Assembly (NCBI GenBank): GCA_907165135.1
Contig: OU015566.1
Location: 4,526,001 to 4,590,000 of the forward strand
From: Oikopleura dioica
Lineage: Eukaryota; Animalia; Chordata
Direction of reading: 5' to 3'
Length of the DNA: 64,000 bases
Shown: positions 1 through 13,100 of the stretch, piece by piece
How positions within the stretch are numbered: position 1 is the stretch's first letter
How the letters are laid out: each line of letters starts with the position of its first letter
Position numbers and translations under genes: made by a program
The notes under the pieces: model-generated
Told to the model about the DNA's origin: nothing
The model's input: the letters and a program-made list of their open reading frames with translations, nothing else
The model's database searches: none

Positions 1-479
1 GGTTGATTTCGGGAATTAAATTTTGCTTCAAGGAGCTTTTTAAGACTTATTCTCAAAATTTTTGATGAATAAGAGGGGGAAGGGGCTGAGAAAAAAAATA
101 ATTATTATAATGAATAATTATTTTTTGTCATTATTTATGTTCTTTTTGATTTTAAGACAAAGGTTCGCCATAATGACAAACTTTCAAATATAGGTATCTT
201 TCGGGAAAAACAGGTATTATGGTCTCTTCTTTTTACCTCGAAATCACCAAAGAATCTTCTTCAAGAAAGCCTTCCTCTTCGAAAGTTCTCTTTTAAGTCC
301 TCTTCTTCTTTGATTTTTATCAGCGTCAAGTGTTTTCCGCTCAGCAGAATTCTTCAGCGCGATAGAATTAATGAGCGCTTTAACTTTTCTGAGCGCCGCG
401 AGCGCCCTCGTCAGATAAATTCTTGACCTCGAAATTTAACGAAACAAAGTACGTTTTAAAATATTTCAACAAAAAAAGT

Positions 480-720
480 ATTTTTTTTTCAACTAACTAT
501 TATTTTTTTATTAGTAATTTAATTGGAAAATAATTTCATAAAAATAATATAATTAATTCAAAAATGAATAAAATATTTTATGAAAAAATTTTAAAATTTA
601 AATAGTAATTTTAAAATAATAATATTAATATTAAAATTAATATATATTAATATATATTAATATTAAATATTAAAATAATAATTTTCTCAAATATTTATTG
701 TTTGAAATAACTTAAAAATT
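480..720. repeat. Extremely AT-rich low-complexity tract
   Basis: Almost only A/T (e.g. aatatatattaatatatattaatattaaatattaaaataat); no coding signal. Confidence 0.8.
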
Positions 721-1939
721 CTTAATTATCGGTAAAAAGGTCAGATTTATAGTCAAATTCCGGTTCCAGCGGAAATAGCGCATTTAAAAATCTCCGGAAG
801 AAGACGTGTTTTATTTTTGTTCCCATAAAAAGAGAAAGAGAGATAAATTCACAAACTCATGATTTCAGGATTTCTCAGCCAAAAAGAAGGATTCGCATGT
901 GGCATTTTTCGACTAAACTTGAAAAGAGCGATGACAGGAAGATTCTATCTTTTGGGGTTAATTATGAGAGGGATACCCTTAATTTCGGAGTGTATTTTAG
1001 AGGAATTATGTTTGAAATTGAATTATAAGTTCGTTTTCTTTTCAAGAAGAAAGAAAGAAAATCAGCTGCCAGATTGCGCTTTGGGGGTGGCTTCTCGTTT
1101 CAACTAAAAATAAAACTGTGTTGATACGTGCGGCGGGTCGAAAGCTGAAAATAAGCACAGAATGACGATAATCCTGTCAGCGTCTACTCAATCCTCGTGT
1201 TTTTGTGGATCATCCTATTTTTAAAGAACTTGCGGTTGGGTCAAAACTCTTCAAGTTTTTACCATTTTTTCTAAGATTAAAACCCTTGTCATTATTTTGA
1301 AGATCAAGATTTTCAGTCACGTGGTCAGACTGATCATTTTATTAGATTTTCTCCGAGTAGAAAAAAATACTGAAGAATCCGCGCTTCTTTAATTCTAGTC
1401 TTAAATTAAAGTATGGATTGCTTAATCAAGAAGAATTCTTATGGTTTGGAGTTCTTGGTTGGTATTCTAGAGCCTAGGACAAGGCAAGATTTTTAAATAA
1501 AAATCGTTGTGTGAAAAACTAGCTGGCTGACTGATAAAGCTAAAACTTGACCTGTTTCGTTTTGTCAGAATCGAATTAATGGCGATGAATTGATTCGAAT
1601 GCGCTTGGTGATTGCACTTGCCCGGTAGCGCGAGTATCGATTATGGGAAAAGACAAGAGTGGCCCGCCTCCGACACCTTCTTGCCGCGATCGACAGTCTT
1701 GATCAATTCAAAAACTATCGCCTGGTGAATATTCTTTTTTATATCCTTTTTATATAAACCCGTCAACTTCTGTTTATATCATATTAACCTTTTTTCGTCG
1801 TCAATCGTCTGAAAAGAGAAAAACTACCAACATCAAAAACAAAAAAAAACTAACTGGTAATTAAATTATTTATTATTAAATTTTATTGTATTCTATATTT
1901 TTTTTCTAGAGAGGAGTTCATACTACGAGTCAAAGCTAT

Positions 1940-2154
1940 GCTTGGCAACCTGAGTAGAAATCCTGAGTCACGGTCTGAAAGATAAAAAATGAAAAGCCAC
2001 GTGGCGGCTTTTTTGAAAGCAAAGCCGCGGAGCGGCTTCGCCAGAAGTTAGATTTAAGATTGAACAGTAATTAAGCGAAGCCGCTTCGCGCCTTCGGCTT
2101 TTCATTTTTGATCTTTCAGACCCTGACTAAGGTTTTCTATTCAGGTTGGCGAGC
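1940..2154. mobile_element. MITE family A (TGAGTCA-bearing TIRs), copy 1
   Basis: Left arm gcttggcaacctgagtagaaatcctgagtcacggtctgaaagataaaaaatgaaaagcc is the near-perfect reverse complement of the right arm ggcttttcatttttgatctttcagaccctgactaaggttttctattcaggttggcgagc; homologous copies occur elsewhere in the window. Confidence 0.85.
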
Positions 2155-2381
2155 CCATAGATCTCAGATCGAGAAAACTCAGAACAAGAATTTTTTAATA
2201 CGGTGCCCAAGGGAGTATTCGGCAAGATCGAAAATGTAATCTGTTGAATTGAAAAAGGCGGAGGATGCAAGGAGTTTGTTGCGTGCTCATTTTTCAACTT
2301 GGTGATGGAACTTGGCGCCCGTTTTGTTCGGGCGGCCGGTTCGAAATTAATAAATTCATTCTCATTAACAATTGAACTCAT
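2127..2381 (-). CDS. Possible first exon of an unknown minus-strand gene
   Basis: 84-aa ATG ORF (MSSIVNENEF...) running into MITE A; no recognisable homology and downstream exons not resolved. Confidence 0.3.
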   Translation of the reverse strand: MSSIVNENEFINFEPAARTKRAPSSITKLKNEHATNSLHPPPFSIQQITFSILPNTPLGTVLKNSCSEFSRSEIYGLANLNRKP

Positions 2382-4257
2382 TTTCTTTTGCTCTTTATTA
2401 CTTTATCCACTGCTCGAAAAATTAACCTATTTTTCCAATACACTTAACAATTTCTTAGAGACAAAATACAGGTAAAAAATCCCGACTTTTCTGATAAAAA
2501 TCCGCTAATTGAAATAATTTTCGCGAAAGTCAACAAAAAAAGCCGAGCATACGTAAAAAACTTGAGCCGCACACTTATTTGCTCAACGACGTTAGTTCAT
2601 CGTTTTTTGTTGTATTTAGCGGATCAGTCATCGTTTCGCACTTCGAGCTTTCTTTTTTTTTCTGGAAAGTCTATTCAGAGAATTCAAGAATTTCTTTCCG
2701 AAAATGAGTGACAAAATTACTGCCGAGGTAAAAACATCAATTTTGCTTTCTTCACTTTTTTAATCAAGATTTTTTCTTTAAGAAATAACGTTGTGATACC
2801 CTTAGTTTTAAGATCGCCTTAATCATAAAAAAAAGTCCTGATATTTAAGAAATACAGTACATAGTTTTGGGTCTGACAAAAGTAAGGCAAGAATTGGGGG
2901 AGAATTTTTTTGAGTCGAAAATCAAATTATACTTGGCCGAATTTTGAGGTCATACTATCCTTAAAAACGAGCTCAAATTTTCGCTCTTATCGTGAAAATA
3001 GAGATTTTCTTGGCCAAACAAGGACGAAACCCTTAAATTCTTAGAAAATCTGAGGTGTTTTATACAAGAGTCAAATACACTCGCTCTGGCCGCTTAAAGC
3101 TCGAGTAAAGAATGATTTATTTGGGATTTCAAAAGTTAAGGTTGGAATGAGAACAGATGACAAAAGGAGTAAGAGTCAGCTGAGCGCACCGGAAATAATG
3201 CGCTATCGCTTTAGATCTAAGACTAATTTGGGAGATTGATGACAGCAAAGTGTCTTTTATGAAACACTTCAAATCTTTATCCCACCACAAGATAGCGCAG
3301 ACTCTTATTTTCTGGAAAAAATATCTATTATCTGAACTGAAATATTTTTAAAAGAAATATTGAGAAAGGTATTTGCCAACGACTTAGATTTTCATTGTTC
3401 TCCTCGTTGATCTCAATCCTCAAGTCGAAAATTGAGTTGAATTGAATTCCCACTTTTTTGCTATTTTGCTTTTCCCTGAAAAGAATAATAAATGACTAAT
3501 AAACTCCTGGCTGCTACCTGTGCCTAAAAATCGATGCTCGTCGAAGGCTAGAGTTTCATATTTTTGCTCCGTTAGTTCCCTTCCATTCGTCCGATTTGAG
3601 CATAAATCTCTCAAGGGACAAGCACCTCTGAAGCTCGTCCTTTTTTTCCAACCCTTTTTTACTTTTTTCGGCCATCAAGAAAAAAAGATAGAGAAGAGGG
3701 TCTCGATTTCAAGAAGATTTTTTGAAAAAAGAAAAAGATGGGAATTTTCTCACTCAAACATTTGAAGGTAAATTAAATTGATGAATTTTTTAATTAAGGG
3801 TGTCAACAACTATTTTCGGAAAAAATTTTTCGAGCCGATTTTTGGTATAAAAGAGTCAAAAATCCGTAAAGATTGAAAGATTGATATTTTTAAGGGGTCT
3901 AAAATTAAGGGTGTCAGTTTCTTAATTGTTAAATATTCCGAAATCTCGGTTAAAAATAACGATAAAACGATTTTCTCTAGTTTTTTTTTTGAAAAAAAAA
4001 ACGTCATAAATTGTAAAAAAACAGAATGCATCATAATAAGTTACAAGGTGCAATCTGTTGAATCAATTTTGTTTGACGAGGAGGCGGAAAATGGCATTTT
4101 CGCGTTTTACGAGAATCGAATAAGTTTTCATTACTCCGGCATTCCAGATATTACTCCTCACCTGCCATTTCGAAAATTTTTTTCTTCATATTACTGAAAA
4201 GAGAAATAGACTCAAGAAAACTTTGCTAGGACTTAGGTAGGTATAGTAGATTTTTAA

Positions 4258-4396
4258 CTTAGGGAGGTTTACGAACCGTCAAAAACTTTCGACAAATTTT
4301 GCGTGGACATCGTCAACAAATCAGAATCCTCGATCCGGCTTACCACGCAAAATTTGTTGAAATTTTTTGTCAGTTCCCGACGCTACCCCCTTAACC
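4258..4396 (-). mobile_element. MITE family B (gacaaattttgcgtgg hairpin)
   Basis: Inverted arms gacaaattttgcgtgg / ccacgcaaaatttgttg with GGG/CCC-TTAA-like ends; homologous to elements at 22422-22701 and 46499-46677. Confidence 0.7.
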
Positions 4397-4880
4397 TAGC
4401 CCCAACCCTAAGGAAAGAAAATAAAAGTTCGAAATCCCATGTAAAATAAAACAACAGAAGCTGGTAAAACTCGTCATTCCGTCAGTTTGTATTTGCTCAA
4501 AATTCGAATAATTGTCATCCAAGCAAATACCATTGAGGGTAAAAAAACCAAAGCAGCCGGTTTATTCTTCTTTCAAATTTTTCCGATGCAACCTTTCTTC
4601 AATTCTGAATTAGCATAAAAATCGCCCGTGCGACTCAAAATCTAATTGATAGATTTTGTATCCCACGAAAAGAAGATCAATGCGATCTCCTGTTGAGCGC
4701 CCTTTCTCGACAAGAAGGGTCCAGTTCTTCATTCATTTATTCAATTATTATTTAAACTTTTATTCTTTTTTCTGCGAAAATGGCAAATCAAGAACTCAGC
4801 GTCTTAGATTGGCCATTTATTACGAGAATTGAAGCTTGCGAAAGGGCGAATATTGAATTTCAGGTTCTTTATTTTGGCGA

Positions 4881-4924
4881 TTAGGGGATGGTTGGGGTTA
4901 GGGTTAGGTCTAGGGGTTAGGGTT
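4881..4924 (+). repeat. Degenerate interstitial (TTAGGG)n-like tract
   Basis: ttaggggatggttggggttagggttaggtctaggggttagggtt. Confidence 0.7.
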
Positions 4925-5653
4925 GTGCATTTTTGTGGTGTCAAAAGAAATTTTCGATTGTCTGGTGGCTCGAAAAAAATGGGCGATAAAGAAATTTCAG
5001 TTTTTTCAGAAATATTTTAGAGAAAATCTCATTGGCCGAAAAGCCAAAAACTGGAATCTGATTTGTCGAAAATCTACCCAAATTTTTGGTCAAAATAGTA
5101 TCTCCTAAATTGCCATATATTGGGAATTTGAGTCGAAAAATTGATAAACTGAAAATTAATTTTTTTCTAATTTAGACAATTGATACCCTTAATATCAATT
5201 CCATCAACAGTGAATTTTTCTATTAAAAAAGCAATTAATCTTTTGTGACATCTGTCAAGCCCTACTTATAAAACACTGAATTGAACTGTCTCGGTCCTAA
5301 AAATTGATCTATCCGGGAAAACTCTGAACGAGTGAGTGAATGAGTGTATTATCCTCCCGTCGCGCATATTTTTTTTTTCGCGAGTCTCCTTTTTCTGCGC
5401 TGAGAATCGATTTCTGAAAATCGTTAATCTCGTTGTTGCCGCTGTAGTCGCCCAGTGGAGAGGAAAATATCACCTTTTGTTTCGCCACTTTGGAGACAAG
5501 CAAGTTTATATTGCCAGTTGATCCAATTTTCTTTTTTTGACAGGGCAGATATTGCTTCGGAAGGATTAAAGAGATTATACAGAAGATTTATTTAGTTTCT
5601 GATTTTTTCAAATAAGGTTTGTTCAGGAATCACTCTTATAAAAGAAGAAGGCC

Positions 5654-5868
5654 CCCTTGTTCATCCTCAGTATTCCCGCATGTCACATGCGGCATGTGTG
5701 CCCTTGTTAATCTTTGGGCCACGTAGCCTTACTTGCAGATGGGCATTTTGACAAATTTAAAGAAAAAGACCCCTTATTCATCCCCTGAATTCCTACATGT
5801 GTGCCCTTGTTCATCCTCTGAATTCCTGCATGTGTGCCCTTGTTCATCTTTGGGCCACGTAGCCTTAG
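5654..5868 (+). repeat. ~33-bp tandem/direct repeats
   Basis: Unit cccttgttcatcctctgaattcctgcatgtgtg recurs about 3 times plus partial units; two blocks end in ctttgggccacgtagcctta. Confidence 0.8.
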
Positions 5869-5931
5869 CTGTAAATGGCTAGTTGCCTTTCGAAAGCAAA
5901 GAAAAATTTTCTGATTTTATATTTTCAATTA

Positions 5932-8900
5932 GACCCTCCCTTTCAACCTTCCTTTCAAGCTTGAGATACAAGATCAAGGATCAAGTGCAGAAGACTCCAT
6001 CCTCAAAAACATCGGAAGAACGAGAGAACTTTGGAAGGGAAACTTAGAAGTTCAGAAATCAACAAAGATGCTTGAGCCAAAACATAAGGTACCCAACCCT
6101 TAAAATAACCAAGCCAAACGATTATCCTTTTCAGGACTACTCCGCAATAGAAATTAAGGACATCACTTCAAGTTCTGATTCTGAAAGCGAGTCTGAAATC
6201 GCCACACCTTCAGGTTTGAAAGGAAAATAGCTGAAAATGAGAGGTTTTTTCAGTATCAAACTTGAAGAGCAAATTCTCGGTGAAAAGAGCGGCTAAGCCG
6301 CTCGTGGTTCAGCCGATTCACGAGCCGGTAATCCGACGTGAGCCGATTTATCTCAGAAATAGGTTTCACAAAGAACCGACTAATCAAGAAGATATAATAC
6401 GGTAATACAATGAAGAGTTTAATAAGTTCAGAAATTGAAATTAAGGTCCGATCAACCGGGGACAAAGGAAAAGCCCGACTATTCATTCAATGTCGGCGAC
6501 TTGAAGAAGCAATTTACGGGCGCTGCGCCGAAGATTTCTCGCCCAATTACGGAGCCGCTGCCTAATAAGTCGTCGGGAATGTCAAGGACGAAATCCGCGC
6601 CGCTCAACTCCACGAGCAGTCAAAAGAATCATCAAGAAGCAGATTCGGAGATCGTCAGGAGTCAGGCCGGTGTCAGGGAGGAAGCAGTGAAGCCGGAAGG
6701 TGGTTTGGCTGCGATCAGGAGTCTTTGGCAGACAAATGGTGAGTCATATTTTTTTAAGAAAAAAACTGATTTTTTTTTAGTTGAAGAATCAAATCGTGGT
6801 CGAACCAGATCCCGTCGACCCGACCCGATCGACTTGAAAGAAGAAGCTCGCGAAGTAAAAATCCGGGACAAATCCCAACGTCGCGAAAGTCGACATGCTC
6901 GGCGCGCGGCAAGTGCGGGGAGGGGAACTGGAATGAAGGTTTATAATGATGGGAGTTCGAGGAGCAGACGGGAGGAGAGCAAATCGCCGCCGAGGAGGAA
7001 GAAGACCCCAGCGCCGGTGAAGAAGGAAGTGAAGAAGGAGGTGAAGGTCGAGAAGCCAGTTCAGGTTGTGGAACGACCGAAGACTCCAGAGCCGGAGATC
7101 AAGAAGGAAGAGACGATTAAAGCTGTTGGGTACGTTGAAAATGATGACAAATAAGGGAAGAAGTCGAGACCAGAGATTTATCGAAGGATGAAATTTCATC
7201 AGAAAAAAACCGACTATGATTGGCTGGTTGGAAAAATAAAGATTTTTGATTGGCGGAAAGCTGAATGAAGATCTTTCCGTCAGATTTCACGCTCCTTTCT
7301 CCTAAGAATTCATTGAGTAAAGAATATTTTCTAGTGTTGAAGAAGCCTTTGACCTCATGAGCGTGGACCGAAGCCTAGCTACGACTCAAACACTTCCAAG
7401 CCCAACAGAATCAAATCGAACCGATGTCAAAGACGATTTCGACCTCCTCAACGGCGATTCTTTCAACGATCCCTCAACCGTCAAAGACATCAAGAAAGAC
7501 ATCAAAGGTAAGAACACAATCTTCAAATGGATTTCTTCAGCGTTGCATCTTCATTTTTAGAGAGCAATTTTGCAATTGTGTTTTTGCGAAAATGCCTCGA
7601 AGCTTTTGTTTTCTATTTCATTTTCCGCATCGTTTTCGGTAAAAAAATCTTTCACAAAAAGTGGTAAATAATTTTTGAATGTGTCACAGAAAAAAATGCT
7701 TGAAGATAATTTTTTTAAAAAATGGGAAAGAAGCTAGAAAAATGATGTCATTTCTTTACGTCCTCCCTTATTTCTTGATAGGCAATTTGATTAACGAAAT
7801 TTCTAGAGCCAGAAGATGTGATTTCAACGAAGAGCTCGGAGATTGATTTTGAAGAGCCAAGTGTTCAAGAAATTGTGCCAAAAAAGGATGAAGAAAAACG
7901 CGCCAGTGGAAATATTTCGGTAAATTCTAGCGCATCTTTTTTTTCGTTCATTTTTATATAAAATCCAAGTCAGAATACCTTTATTACTCATTGAATAAAA
8001 GTATTCCTTCACTAACCAAAAAGTAGACGGCAGAATCTCCAGTCATCCCTGAGCCTCTAGAAATTATCGATACGTCTCAAGAACAAGTCCTCAGCCAAAT
8101 CCAATCTTCCTCAGTCACTCCAAGGTACAACCCAATTTATACACAATGCCAAACATTTTTAGTCTTCCAAACTTATCCGAAAACCTTCCAGCATCCTGTA
8201 AGTCAGCGTAGATACCCTTAATTTTCAGCATTCCTAGCAACTAATCGAACGCATGCGTAAGCTTTTTCAAAACCTAGGGGGTTGAAAAAACGAGCGAATT
8301 AGCGATAAATCATTTGCTAACATGATTTCTCATTATGATTCTTTTTTTAATCCATCTAGCTCCTCAATCGCCAATCAACGATGAGGAAATTAATCTTCAT
8401 CGAGAATCTCAGTTGCCGATTAAAGAGTCCTTGGAACGAACTTCTTCTGGTTGGCTAAAGGTTTGCTGAAGATTTCCATTTCAATGCTCACCCCTTTCTT
8501 AAGATTGAAAACGACCAAAGCTCAGAATCTGAATCCATCGACACTCAGAAAACTGAGTCGACAATCGCTTTGGCTGTGGAGCAATCTGATGAGGATCAAA
8601 AAACAACCGCCTCTGGATTTTCTTCCAACGATATTCTCGATGAAAATTCTCCAGGAAGCGCCAATGAAATCGAAGAAAAGAAAAACGAGGTCGAAATCAA
8701 GGAAGAAGAGGCCGAAATCGGAGAAGAAATCCAGGAAGAAAATTTCGAAAATGTCAAAAATGTCGAAAATGTCGACAATGTCGAAAATGTCGAAAAAGTC
8801 GAGAAAGTCATCCAAGCTGAAATCAAGGAAGAAGCCCAGGAGCCAATCAGAACTCATGAAATATCCCCATATGGCGAATACCTAGAAAGCCAAGAGGAAG

Positions 8901-9893
8901 AAAACCTGATAGAAGAGCAGAATGAAGGAAGGATAGAAGAAGAGTTCGATCAGTTAGTGAGCGTGACAAAAGCGATTTCGGATAAAGAAGATTCTGAAGA
9001 TTTCAATGAACAACCTTTGTCGAATATTTCCGAAGCTACGGAAGAATTTTCGCCAAATGGATCGCTATCGAAGGTATAAAAAAGGATAAATGAGGGTTTT
9101 GAGACGAAAATTTAAGGATATGAACATCCAAACCCTCGGCGACCACCAACCAATCAACGCTCCGCTAGAAGTCTCCTTCACCAACCAACACTTTCTCGAA
9201 TCATCAAGCTCTTCAGACGAAGAACCAGCAATCGAAGCAAGAAGAACGATCGGATTTGCTCCAGAAATCGAGATTTTAAACGACAGTACCGACGACGAAA
9301 TCGTCGAGATTTGCAAAGATTTCAAGCCAACTCACAGTCGTGAACCAACGCCGCCGCCGAATTTGGCCGAAAGCTCGAGCGATTATTCCGCCAGAAGTTC
9401 GGGTAAGCTCTCTTTTCATCCGCACCCCCTTAAATCCATCCCAGATGAAGAAAGCACCGACCCAGAAATCCGCGAAGCCATCCAACAATGCTCAATGCAA
9501 CTGACGGAAAAAATCATCAAGGACTCGCTCGCCCAAGGAACCGATCTAACTCGAACTTTTTCGAAATTTCGGAAATGAAAAATAAAAAATCATAATTAAT
9601 TATTAATAATTATCAATTCATCAAATCAGATATTTGACAAAATTCTTCCTGCTTGAAGAATTTTGAGAAAATTTTATATGAAAAGATGACGTCTAAATCG
9701 TGATTTTAGTGAAAAATGAGTCAATTGTGGACGATTTTGATCTTCTTGGAGGTAAGAAATTTTAACCTATTTAGAGCAACGGGTCCAAAATTGGCCATTT
9801 TCCTCCATTTTCACCCCCATTTCAGATCTTGGAACAGTCTCGACGCCAAATGCTCCCCCCGGTGGCTCGAATTCCTTCGACCTGCTAGCTTAA
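5932..9893 (+). CDS. Large multi-exon, mostly disordered protein (basic then acidic) with repeated FDLL motifs; 5' end unresolved
   Basis: In-frame exons joined by short GT-AG introns (TLPFNLPFKLEIQD..., VSNLKSKF..., ORFs 6435-7154, 7357-, 8570-9079, 9090-), ending ...DDFDLLG|DLGTVSTPNAPPGGSNSFDLLA* at 9891-9893. Confidence 0.65.
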
Positions 9894-10165
9894 TTTTGTG
9901 CTAAATGCCCGTGTCACTCCTCGTGCTTCCAAAATAAATTCATTTGTCACGTGCCCAAATCTACGATTCTCTGGTCCTGGAGGAGGAAAAAAAACTACTG
10001 CACATTCTACTTTGCTTAAAGTACTTCATTCTAGTGTTTTGTTATTGTACAGTTCTTCAAACTTAAAAAATAAAATGAATGTTCATCAACTCGGAAATTA
10101 CGGGTATTTCGGTGAATTGAAATTGAAAAGAAATATCAATTATTTATTAATTGTTACATGCAAAA

Positions 10166-13100
10166 TTATGAATCATATTCAAAGTTCGTCGCATTTGCCC
10201 AAAACTCTTCGTCCCATCCGGCAAAGAAACCGGTGAATGTGACTGGTTCCTTTTCTTGTTTGACTTGGACAATCGGAGTTCCTAAAAATTTAATTAAAAT
10301 TTGAACTGAAGACTTGACTGTACCTTTTCGTCCAGCGGGATCAGTAGCAAGATATTGTTTCGCGGCTTCTAGAGTTTGCTCTTTTTCGTCTAAAACAATC
10401 AGAAAAAGAGGGTCTTTTGGTGCGTATTTACGGTCAGAACTGAAAATATCACGAATGTCACGAATGTCACGACTGTCACGAAACTCACGATTTTGCTGAA
10501 AATGTCACGAAAAAGAAACATGTTTTCGTGACGTTCGTGACATTCGTGACATTCATGACATTCGTGACTTTCGTTACATTCGTGACAGTCGTGACATTTT
10601 TAGCACTGTCGACATTTACCGTCAGAACTCTCTTGTCCAATCCAAACAAAGACGGTATTCCAGGCATCGAGCAACATAACATTCGCCGGATTCAAGTCGC
10701 TTTGGTGCAAAACACCAAGCAGCTCTTCTGCAACAAAATTTCCAGTTGCCATTGAGCACTCGAATAGTCGCGGGACCCGGGGCTTTTCTTGCTTTCTCGG
10801 GAGCTTGAAGTATTCCTCCTGGCCGCCGAGAAAGTCCCAGAATTCGTCGGATTCTTCGCCCTCGTTGATTTCAGTGATATTTCCGTCGGCGCCGATTTTT
10901 GCTGCGAAGGCGGTGAGAGCTTCTTTTTCCTAAAAATTTTGAGAAAAAGGGGGTTTTTTGATAAAAAAGACGAACCTTATCATCAGCTCCAGTGCCAAAC
11001 CAAGCAAAACAGTCGCCTCCAAAGCCATAATCCGAATCTCCCTCAGCGACGGCAAAGAAAGTGTCATTCGAGTTCAGCGCCGCTGCGGAGAATTCCGTCT
11101 CGAAAGCCTTGACCTGGTTCGCTCGATTGAGGCGAATTTGGAAAAGGGCATTTCGAGGAGCAGGTTCGCAATAGCTTCCTTGTTGGAGAATCGCCATGCC
11201 GCCATTGAACATGGCGATCAGGTGGTTTGGCTCTTTTCCTTCGGTGACGCGGACTTGGAGGGCGTCGCCGTCGAATTCTTCGTTGTCGAGTTGGACGACC
11301 TTGAAAACGGGCTTTATCACTGAGTGATGTCATGGAAAAAGCAGACCTGGAAAGCAGTGGCAGTTTCAGCAGAAGTACCAGCGCTGTTCCCAAGCCAGTA
11401 GTAAATGTAGCTCTCGGGCTTGCCCTTTGGAGTTTCATAAGTGTACGAAACGATGTAGCACTCATTCGAGTAGAAAATTCCCCAGTTCTCCTCTGGAACT
11501 TCTTCTCGCTCGGAGTCGACGATTCTGTAGACTTTCTTTTCTCCAGAACCATCATCGGGCATTCCGTATTCCGCAGCGGTCTCGGGCGTGTCATGCATTG
11601 TCGAAGCATCGAATTCTTCATGCTCGACTTTTGCGACAGATCCGACAGTGTATGTTTCACCAAGTCCGTCGGTTTCATTGAGATCTTGCCAGTCGACGAA
11701 AAATTGCTTGAACATGGCGCTTTCACTTAAAAATAAATTACAATTGAGATTTATACTCATTTTTCTGACCCAACCAAGAAAAGGAATTGATTTTAATGGA
11801 AAGGGTTTTGATTGGCTGGTAGGCCAAATACAGCAAGCTTATTGGTCTTCAGAAAATGTACTTCCTTTTCTTGCTCTCAGACTGTGCCCTTTTTTAGCAC
11901 TAAACCAATTTTTGGAAGTGAATTTTCGGATTACCAATAAGATTGCTGTATTTTGCCTACCGGCCAATCAAAACTCTTTCCATAAAAATCTTTTCCAAAA
12001 ATTGGTTCCACCCCTTTTTCATGAGCTTACGCGAATTGCGGCATGATTTCAAACTGCGTATGCGCCGGCAAATCATTCTTCTCCATGTACTGGTTACAGT
12101 AATCGATCGCTTTTGATCTCTCCTCCGGCGAAGAATTCTTCCCCTTCCAGACATAAATCGCTGGCCCATCGACAGACGCGAGGACGAAGACATTTTCATC
12201 TTCCAAAAGAGATTGTTCGTAAGGCCCTTCTTCCGCGACAAGAGAGTAGTCGACTTCTCCGTCTTCGCCGGAAACTTTGAATAGTTTTCCAGCGCCGGAT
12301 CGGGGAGCGCCTTTTTTCGCCGGAGCATCTTCAGGCGCTTCGTCGGGGATGTCATCGGGAATGTCGTCGCCCAAGACCGGGCAGAGCTTTTCGGGACAAC
12401 GGACTTCGCCAGCGTCGATAATGTGCACTTCTGCGCGGCCTCCTCGTTCATCGTCGCGGATTGCGCGTGCCATCTCGTTCGCTTTGCTTCGCTCCCAAAC
12501 TGATGAGAACTCACCGCACCAGGCTTGAAAAAAATGATGACTGGAGGATATAAAAAAGGGGCTTACTGTAAATGTCGTTTCCCATGTCGAGAATGAAGCA
12601 ATCGGACTTGTTGAGGCTCTCCCAGGAGCAGGCGACTTGAGTGCATCGGACAGGGTTTTTGCCTCGAACCCACAAGAGTCGGTTTATTTCGCTTTGGTTG
12701 GATTGCATTTTGTCGATTTATTACTTATCAGAATTGAGAAATTAGAGATTGCGAAATAAATTGTAAAACAAAAGTCAATAAATCTAGTCATGCGAAAATT
12801 GAAATCCCAGAAATTATTCCAATAAATTATCGTTTTTGAAAATCCATTCCTGTAATCATTCGGCTCCACATGATTGAATCCCGAAGCCACGCCGCCTTCT
12901 TCATAAATCAGCCCTTTTTTGAACAAGCCAATGAACGCCTTTGACTCGTGGCCCTGAACTTCTCGATGCTGAACAGCAGCTCCTCCAGCCACTTCATCAT
13001 CGACAGTTACTGCCCAAAGAGCAGCGGCGCCGGCTTCGACTTGTTCGGTCTTTTCGCCGAGCCAGAAGTGGACGTCCCACTCGAAGCCGCCGGATTTGAG

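Noticed and set aside
1935-2165. MITE A copy as an exact intron of the 2127-2381 ORF
   Set aside because: A GG donor and AG acceptor exist at its ends, but no TSD or homology supports the resulting short protein.
4881-4924. True telomere or chromosome end
   Set aside because: Short, degenerate and embedded in ordinary sequence.
10442-10613. CRISPR-like or coding interpretation of the 9-mer array (ORFs MTFVTFVTF... / NVTNVT...)
   Set aside because: No unique spacers; it lies in a gelsolin intron and the ORFs are by-products of a 9-bp period.
11064-12528. Several 120-220 aa ORFs overlapping gelsolin in other frames or strands
   Set aside because: Shadow ORFs of GC-rich coding exons; only the gelsolin frame has family motifs.
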